NCBI RefSeq assembly: GCF_000196355.1
Contig: NC_007614.1
Location: 2,220,001 to 2,252,000, forward strand
Direction of reading: 5' to 3'
From: Nitrosospira multiformis ATCC 25196
Lineage (GTDB): Bacteria; Pseudomonadota; Gammaproteobacteria; Burkholderiales; Nitrosomonadaceae
Length of the DNA: 32,000 nucleotides
Shown here: one piece after another, positions 27,060 through 32,000 of the stretch
Layout: every line of letters starts with the position of its first letter
Numbering within the stretch: position 1 is the first letter of the stretch
Position numbers and translations under genes: made by a program
Notes under the pieces: generated by a model
What the model was told of the DNA's origin: nothing
Database searches by the model: none
What the model saw: only the letters and a program-made list of their open reading frames with translations

Positions 27060-28287
27060 CCCCATTCCCCGCTGTTTGACGCGAGCGATTATCCGGCTCG
27101 TCGTGGTGGGTGCTGCCCTTTCGAATTGTATTGCTTACGCGCAAAAACTGCCGATTCCCCAGAACCTGCCGAACAACCTGCAAATACATGGTTTTGTTAG
27201 CCAGAGTTGGCTCAAGAGCACGGACAACAATAACGTTTTCGGGAAAAGCAGTTCCGATAGTGGAAGTTTTGACTTCAGGGAATTGGGACTGAATGCTTCC
27301 ATGAGGCCCAAGCCCAACCTCCAGTTTTCGGCTCAGATGATTTCCCGCACTGCGGGAAAAGGAAGTCCGGGCAATATCCGGTTCGATTACGGATTCATCG
27401 ATTATGCGTTTCTATCGGAAGAAAACAGCAAGATAGGAATACGCCTGGGCAGGATGAAGAATCCGCTCGGCTTTTACAACGACACACGCGACGTTCCCTT
27501 CACGCGGCCCAGCATACTTTTACCTCAATCCATCTACTTCGATCGCACGCGCAAATTGGGGATTGCAGCAGATGGGGTACATTTATACGGTGAATACCGT
27601 TTCGAGCACGGCGTCCTGTCTTTTCAGGGTGGACCGGTACGTCCACTAGTCAGAGGTGCTGAAGCAGAAGTAGCGCTGTTGGGCCAGGGGATGCCAGGCC
27701 ATCTTGCTCCAGACATCTCCTATATTGGCCGTATAAGCTACGAACTCGACGAGGGCCGGCTTCGTTTTGCAGTCAGCGGAACGAATTTGAACATAGATTA
27801 TGACCCCGCAAGCGGGGACCGGCTTGGCGCGGGCTCAATTCGCTTTACACCTCTCATTTTCTCCGCGCAATATAACGCAGAACGCTGGAGTTTCACTTCG
27901 GAATACGCGATACGCCATTTCGAATATAAAAATTTTGGCAGGGCGGCCCTCAATCTGGATTTCTTTGGCGAAAGCTATTACCTTCAGGGAGCTTATCGAA
28001 TCACGCCGGAATTGGAAGCGATCGCTCGCTACGACGTACTGTATACGGACAGTAATGACCGCAGCGGAAAAAAATGGGCAGCGGCTACAGGCGGCGATCC
28101 GCATCGGCGGTTTGCTAAAGACATTACCGTAGGGTTGCGCTGGAACGTCACGCCTGAGTTCATGTTGCGCGCCGAGTATCACCGCGTGAACGGAACAGGC
28201 TGGCTTTCGACTCTTGACAATCCCAATTCGGGAGACCTTTCACCGCATTGGAATCTGTTTTCCATTCTCGGCTCCTACCGGTTCTAG
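27040..28287 (+). CDS. Outer-membrane beta-barrel (porin-like) protein
   Basis: The signal peptide ends ...AALSNCIAYA|Q. Alternating beta-strand-like sequence runs throughout. The C-terminal signature is ...LGSYRF. ATG 27040 overlaps the upstream gene by 20 nt. In-frame TTG 27076 would give a more typical signal peptide. Confidence 0.7.
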   Translation: MFYTSSNPIPRCLTRAIIRLVVVGAALSNCIAYAQKLPIPQNLPNNLQIHGFVSQSWLKSTDNNNVFGKSSSDSGSFDFRELGLNASMRPKPNLQFSAQMISRTAGKGSPGNIRFDYGFIDYAFLSEENSKIGIRLGRMKNPLGFYNDTRDVPFTRPSILLPQSIYFDRTRKLGIAADGVHLYGEYRFEHGVLSFQGGPVRPLVRGAEAEVALLGQGMPGHLAPDISYIGRISYELDEGRLRFAVSGTNLNIDYDPASGDRLGAGSIRFTPLIFSAQYNAERWSFTSEYAIRHFEYKNFGRAALNLDFFGESYYLQGAYRITPELEAIARYDVLYTDSNDRSGKKWAAATGGDPHRRFAKDITVGLRWNVTPEFMLRAEYHRVNGTGWLSTLDNPNSGDLSPHWNLFSILGSYRF

Positions 28288-28289
28288 AC

Positions 28290-31217
28290 ATGCTGCAGGA
28301 TAAGTATTTTCATAATCAGGCTATGCAGAGAAATGGAGCGATAGCACCTGAAAAGCCCCAAAAATTTCTGGGACTGAAATGGAAAGTTTTGTTGCTGAGC
28401 AGCCTTATACTGATTGCCATCGTAGTCTCATTCACTGGGATTACCTATCTGAGCCTGATGGATGACTTCGAGAGCCAGAGAAATGCCCAGCACCAGCGCT
28501 ATGCCAAGGAAGTTGAAGGACTGATCGACCAGGTTTCGATAAATTTGCATCAACTCGCCGGATTGATTCCTTTCCTGGAAGGAATGGATAAAAGTCTGCT
28601 CTCAGGTAACAAGGAATACGTCACCCAAGCATTTGATCCATATTGGTCGCCTTTGCAACTCAATAAAGGTATCGAATTGCTGCGTTTTTACGATAGCTCA
28701 AACCAGCAATTGGCAGGATGGGGAACTTCCCAGCCTAATACTTACGACGCATTGATGTCAGCCTGGGTGCACGAGGTGAATGCCCAGGAAAAGCCGATGA
28801 GCCATCTCAGCTGCCCCACCAGCTGCATGCAGTTTGCCGTGGCACCCTTGCTCGTGGAAGGTAACAACGTCGGCGTGATCGTCATCGGAACGCCCCTGGT
28901 CGATGTGATTCTGGGTTTCAAGGATATCTCGGGTGCCGATATCGCATTGCTGGTGAGGGAAAAAGGCGATTTGCCCGAAAGCAACAAGGTGAAAATTGCA
29001 AACTGGGATGTCACGCTTGCGGCACACAGCAGGGAAATGAACATTACTGTTCTGGATGAAGTTGCAGCGAATTATCCGGACCTGGAGAGTCTGGAGGAGG
29101 GCATCCTGGTTTCGTGGCACGATAGACACCTCCAGATAAAGCCGCTGTTTCTGGAGAGAATGGCCGTGTCGGAAGATGGTGCTCGCTTCATGGTTGTAAC
29201 TGACATCACCTCCACGATCCGCACCATTCACAGCTCGACCCAGCAAAACATGATAATCGGCGTGGTCGGGCTCATATTCTCTGAAATACTGCTGTTCATC
29301 ATTCTCACCAAGCCACTGTCGAGGCTCAAGCACATCGTTTTTACTCTCCCTCTTCTGGCCCGCAGCAGTTTCAAGAATTTTCGCCTGGAGCTTCGCTCTG
29401 CCGGCCAGAAACGATGGATGAAAGATGAAATTGACCTGCTGGATGAAACAGCGGTGGCCCTGTCACATCAACTGGAGAAGCTCGAGGATCAGGTGGCGGA
29501 CAGGACCCGTATACTGGCCAGCAAGATGGACGAGCTAAGCAAGGAGAGGGATTTCATTAACAATCTGCTGGACATTGCGCAAGTAATCGTAATCACGCAA
29601 AAGGCGGATGGCGAGATTCTCACACTCAATGCCTATGGTGAAACGCTTATTCAGTATACGGAAAAAGAACTGCAGGGAACGCCCTTTCTCCATCTTCTGG
29701 CACTCGATGGAAATCTGCACGACCTTCCCGTTCACCTGGAAGAGGTGCGGTGCCAACGAAGAGACCAGCTTCGGCACGAAGCGAATGTCGTATGCAAGGA
29801 TGCTTCCATTCGTAATATTCTGTGGCTGCATTCACGCCTCACCCGGCACAGCGAGGATGACCCCGCAATGTTATCGGTGGGTCTCGACATGACGGAACAC
29901 AAGCGTGCTGAAGGGCGTCTTGCCTGGCTGGCGGATCATGATCCGCTCACGGATCTTTTCAATCGCCGCCGCTTCCAGGAAGAACTGGAACAGATGCTGA
30001 ATCTTGCCGCGCGTTACGGGTACTCGGGAGCCTTGCTCTTTTTTGACCTTGATCAGTTCAAATACATCAACGATACCAGCGGGCATCAGGCGGGGGATGC
30101 CTTGCTTAAAATGGTCGCGCGTCTGCTGCTTGGCAATATTCGCAGCGTCGACATACTTGGCCGCCTGGGAGGCGATGAATTCGCAGTGATTTTGCCCCAA
30201 ACGACAGCCGAAGGGGCGATAGAAGTGGCAAAAAATACGCTTGCGAGCCTGAATCAGGGAAAGATTACGATAAATGGTCGCACTCATAAAGCGTCAGCCA
30301 GCGTCGGTATCGCACTTTTTCCGGAGCACGGCAGCAATGTCCATGATCTCCTGGCCGCAGCCGATCTCGCCATGTATCAGGCAAAGGAAGCCGGACGAGG
30401 AGGATGGCATTTGTTTTCTGACGAAGAGAAAACACGTGAACGCATGCATACTCTTGTCTATTGGAAGGAGAAGATTGAGTATGCTCTTTCACACGAACGT
30501 TTCCTGTTCTATTTCCAGCCCATCATGCATGTTCGACGCAGGACCATCGATCATTACGAGGTGCTGCTTCGCATGATCGACAATGATGGAACTGTTCTTG
30601 CACCCCAGTTTTTCATCCCCGCCGCGGAACAGACAGGTCTTATTCATGCCATCGACCATATGGTTTTACGTAAATCCATTGCGCAATCAGCTGAAATACA
30701 ACGCGCCGGTCAGTGCATCCGTTTTTCCATAAACTTGTCGGCGCATGCATTTCACGATCCGGAACTGCTGCCGATACTGAAAGATGCATTTGCCGAGTAT
30801 GGCGCGGATCCATCGAATTTCATGTTTGAAATAACCGAGACAGCAGCGCTTGAGGATTTGCCCGCGGCGCGGGAACTCATGGAGATGATTAAAAAGCTGG
30901 GCTGCAGTTTCACGCTGGATGATTTCGGTGTCGGTTTCTCCTCCTTCTATTACATCCGGCAACTGCCGATCGATGTTGTAAAGATCGATGGCTCCTTCAT
31001 ACGAAATCTGGCAGACAGCCCCGATGACCAAATACTGGTGCAGGCTTTGTGCGATGTGGCAAGGGGATTCGGAAAGAAGACAACGGCGGAGTTCGTGGAA
31101 AATGCAGCGACCTTTTCAATCCTTGAGAAAATGCAGATCGACTATGCCCAGGGATTTTTGATTGGAACGCCTTCTCCCGCTTATGACACATCGTTCAGCG
31201 ATTTCGCGAAGATGTGA
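28290..31217 (+). CDS. Transmembrane sensor with periplasmic domain, PAS, GGDEF and EAL domains (dual diguanylate cyclase/phosphodiesterase)
   Basis: TM1 is VLLLSSLILIAIVVSF, followed by a periplasmic region of about 270 aa and TM2 IIGVVGLIFSEILLFIIL. The GGDEF motif is intact (RLGGDEFAV), with the I-site RSVD 5 aa upstream. EAL motifs are EVLLR, FQPI, EITE, DDFGVGFSS, KIDGSF and QGF. I chose the start at ATG 28290, 2 nt after the porin stop; the ORF track uses 28248. Confidence 0.9.
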   Translation: MLQDKYFHNQAMQRNGAIAPEKPQKFLGLKWKVLLLSSLILIAIVVSFTGITYLSLMDDFESQRNAQHQRYAKEVEGLIDQVSINLHQLAGLIPFLEGMDKSLLSGNKEYVTQAFDPYWSPLQLNKGIELLRFYDSSNQQLAGWGTSQPNTYDALMSAWVHEVNAQEKPMSHLSCPTSCMQFAVAPLLVEGNNVGVIVIGTPLVDVILGFKDISGADIALLVREKGDLPESNKVKIANWDVTLAAHSREMNITVLDEVAANYPDLESLEEGILVSWHDRHLQIKPLFLERMAVSEDGARFMVVTDITSTIRTIHSSTQQNMIIGVVGLIFSEILLFIILTKPLSRLKHIVFTLPLLARSSFKNFRLELRSAGQKRWMKDEIDLLDETAVALSHQLEKLEDQVADRTRILASKMDELSKERDFINNLLDIAQVIVITQKADGEILTLNAYGETLIQYTEKELQGTPFLHLLALDGNLHDLPVHLEEVRCQRRDQLRHEANVVCKDASIRNILWLHSRLTRHSEDDPAMLSVGLDMTEHKRAEGRLAWLADHDPLTDLFNRRRFQEELEQMLNLAARYGYSGALLFFDLDQFKYINDTSGHQAGDALLKMVARLLLGNIRSVDILGRLGGDEFAVILPQTTAEGAIEVAKNTLASLNQGKITINGRTHKASASVGIALFPEHGSNVHDLLAAADLAMYQAKEAGRGGWHLFSDEEKTRERMHTLVYWKEKIEYALSHERFLFYFQPIMHVRRRTIDHYEVLLRMIDNDGTVLAPQFFIPAAEQTGLIHAIDHMVLRKSIAQSAEIQRAGQCIRFSINLSAHAFHDPELLPILKDAFAEYGADPSNFMFEITETAALEDLPAARELMEMIKKLGCSFTLDDFGVGFSSFYYIRQLPIDVVKIDGSFIRNLADSPDDQILVQALCDVARGFGKKTTAEFVENAATFSILEKMQIDYAQGFLIGTPSPAYDTSFSDFAKM

Positions 31218-31311
31218 CGGAAGCCGTGCTCTGGCATGCCGGGAATGCATGAAGAAAACAAGCTTTTGGTCTCGCACCCGCCCTCGCCATCTTTTGCAGC
31301 ACACTCATCTT

Positions 31312-32000
31312 TCACGCTTCATCCGGCTCGGGATCATCCGCAAACTCCACTTTTGGCTCGCTATCTGACGGGCCCTCTTCCTGACCTTCCCTAGGGCCAG
31401 TGTGGCCGGGAATTTTTGGAGTTGTGCACGCAACATCCGCGTTTTGTGCCCTATTGCGCAGCGCATGGTCCATCAATACCAGCGCCAGCATTGCTTCCGC
31501 AATGGGCGTAGCCCGGATACCGACACAGGGGTCATGTCTTCCATGAGTTTCCACTATTGCCGGATTGCCCATCTTGTCTACTGAGCGGCGCGGCAGACGT
31601 ATGCTTGAAGTGGGCTTGACGGCGATATTCACCACGATATCCTGACCGGTGGAAATCCCGCCCAATATGCCTCCCGCATTATTGCTGAGAAAACCCCCGG
31701 GACTGATTTCATCGGAGTGCTCCGTTCCCTTCTGACTTACAGAAGCAAATCCAGCTCCGATTTCGACGCCTTTAACGGCGTTGATGCTCATCATGCCATA
31801 GGCGATTTCGGCATCGAGGCGATCATATACAGGTTCGCCCCACCCCACGGGCACACCTTCGGCAACCACACGAATCCTGGCGCCCACCGAGTCGCCCGAT
31901 TTCCGCAGTTTGTCCATGAATTCTTCCAGGCTGGGCACGATGTCCGGGTCAGCCGAAAAAAAGGGATTCTCACCCACTGCTTCCCATTGTTTGAATGGAA
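31312..32000 (-). CDS. aroC: Chorismate synthase (C-terminal part; the 5' end lies beyond the window)
   Basis: The sequence contains [19 protein letters not shown] and [16 protein letters not shown]. The frame stays open to position 32000. Confidence 0.93.
   Translation of the reverse strand, partial: PFKQWEAVGENPFFSADPDIVPSLEEFMDKLRKSGDSVGARIRVVAEGVPVGWGEPVYDRLDAEIAYGMMSINAVKGVEIGAGFASVSQKGTEHSDEISPGGFLSNNAGGILGGISTGQDIVVNIAVKPTSSIRLPRRSVDKMGNPAIVETHGRHDPCVGIRATPIAEAMLALVLMDHALRNRAQNADVACTTPKIPGHTGPREGQEEGPSDSEPKVEFADDPEPDEA

Noticed and set aside
31218-31311. I searched for a direct repeat of the tRNA-Leu 3' end that would delimit a 25.0-31.3 kb island.
   Set aside because: Only a weak resemblance was found (ctctggca versus cttctgggca). 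It is not distinguishable from chance.
1-32000. I looked for CRISPR arrays, IS elements or transposases, integrases, rRNA genes and toxin-antitoxin pairs.
   Set aside because: No regularly spaced repeats, no transposase or integrase motifs in any long ORF, and no rRNA-like sequence were seen. The XRE gene at 14756 has no adjacent toxin-sized partner.

Overview
The window looks like a betaproteobacterial chromosome, judged from the gene order rpsF-priB-rpsR-rplI-dnaB and rnr-rlmB and from the protein sequences. I cannot name the species. Housekeeping genes are metG (5.1-7.3 kb), a block from 13.0 to 25.0 kb, and a partial aroC at the right edge. The block holds tRNA-Ser(GCU), lysC, a small XRE regulator, a divergent radical-SAM/queD pair, bcp, a PIN-PhoH ATPase, dnaB, the rplI-rpsR-priB-rpsF operon, rlmB, rnr and tRNA-Leu(CAG). 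Three segments look accessory. (i) Positions 1-2.9 kb are almost free of ORFs. They carry a tRNA-Arg(ACG)-like 3' half, many hairpins, two look-alike + strand terminators and one orphan HTH gene. A TetR gene, an unknown membrane protein and a frameshifted SAM methyltransferase follow. (ii) Positions 7.7-12.8 kb hold a tightly packed GH2-galT-galK-ADH operon on the minus strand. It abuts the 3' end of tRNA-Ser, and a weak degenerate copy of that tRNA end sits at its far boundary. (iii) Positions 25.0-31.2 kb lie downstream of tRNA-Leu. A 26-bp perfect palindrome with a lux-box-like core is followed by a LuxI-superfamily acyltransferase that resembles N-acyl amino acid synthases. Next comes an operon encoding a half-size PstS-like periplasmic protein, an outer-membrane beta-barrel and a 975-aa transmembrane PAS-GGDEF-EAL protein. 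Segment (iii) is my best candidate for an undescribed signalling system, but this is inference from gene content only. I saw no CRISPR array, transposase, IS element, integrase or rRNA. All similarity statements come from reading motifs by eye; no database search was run.
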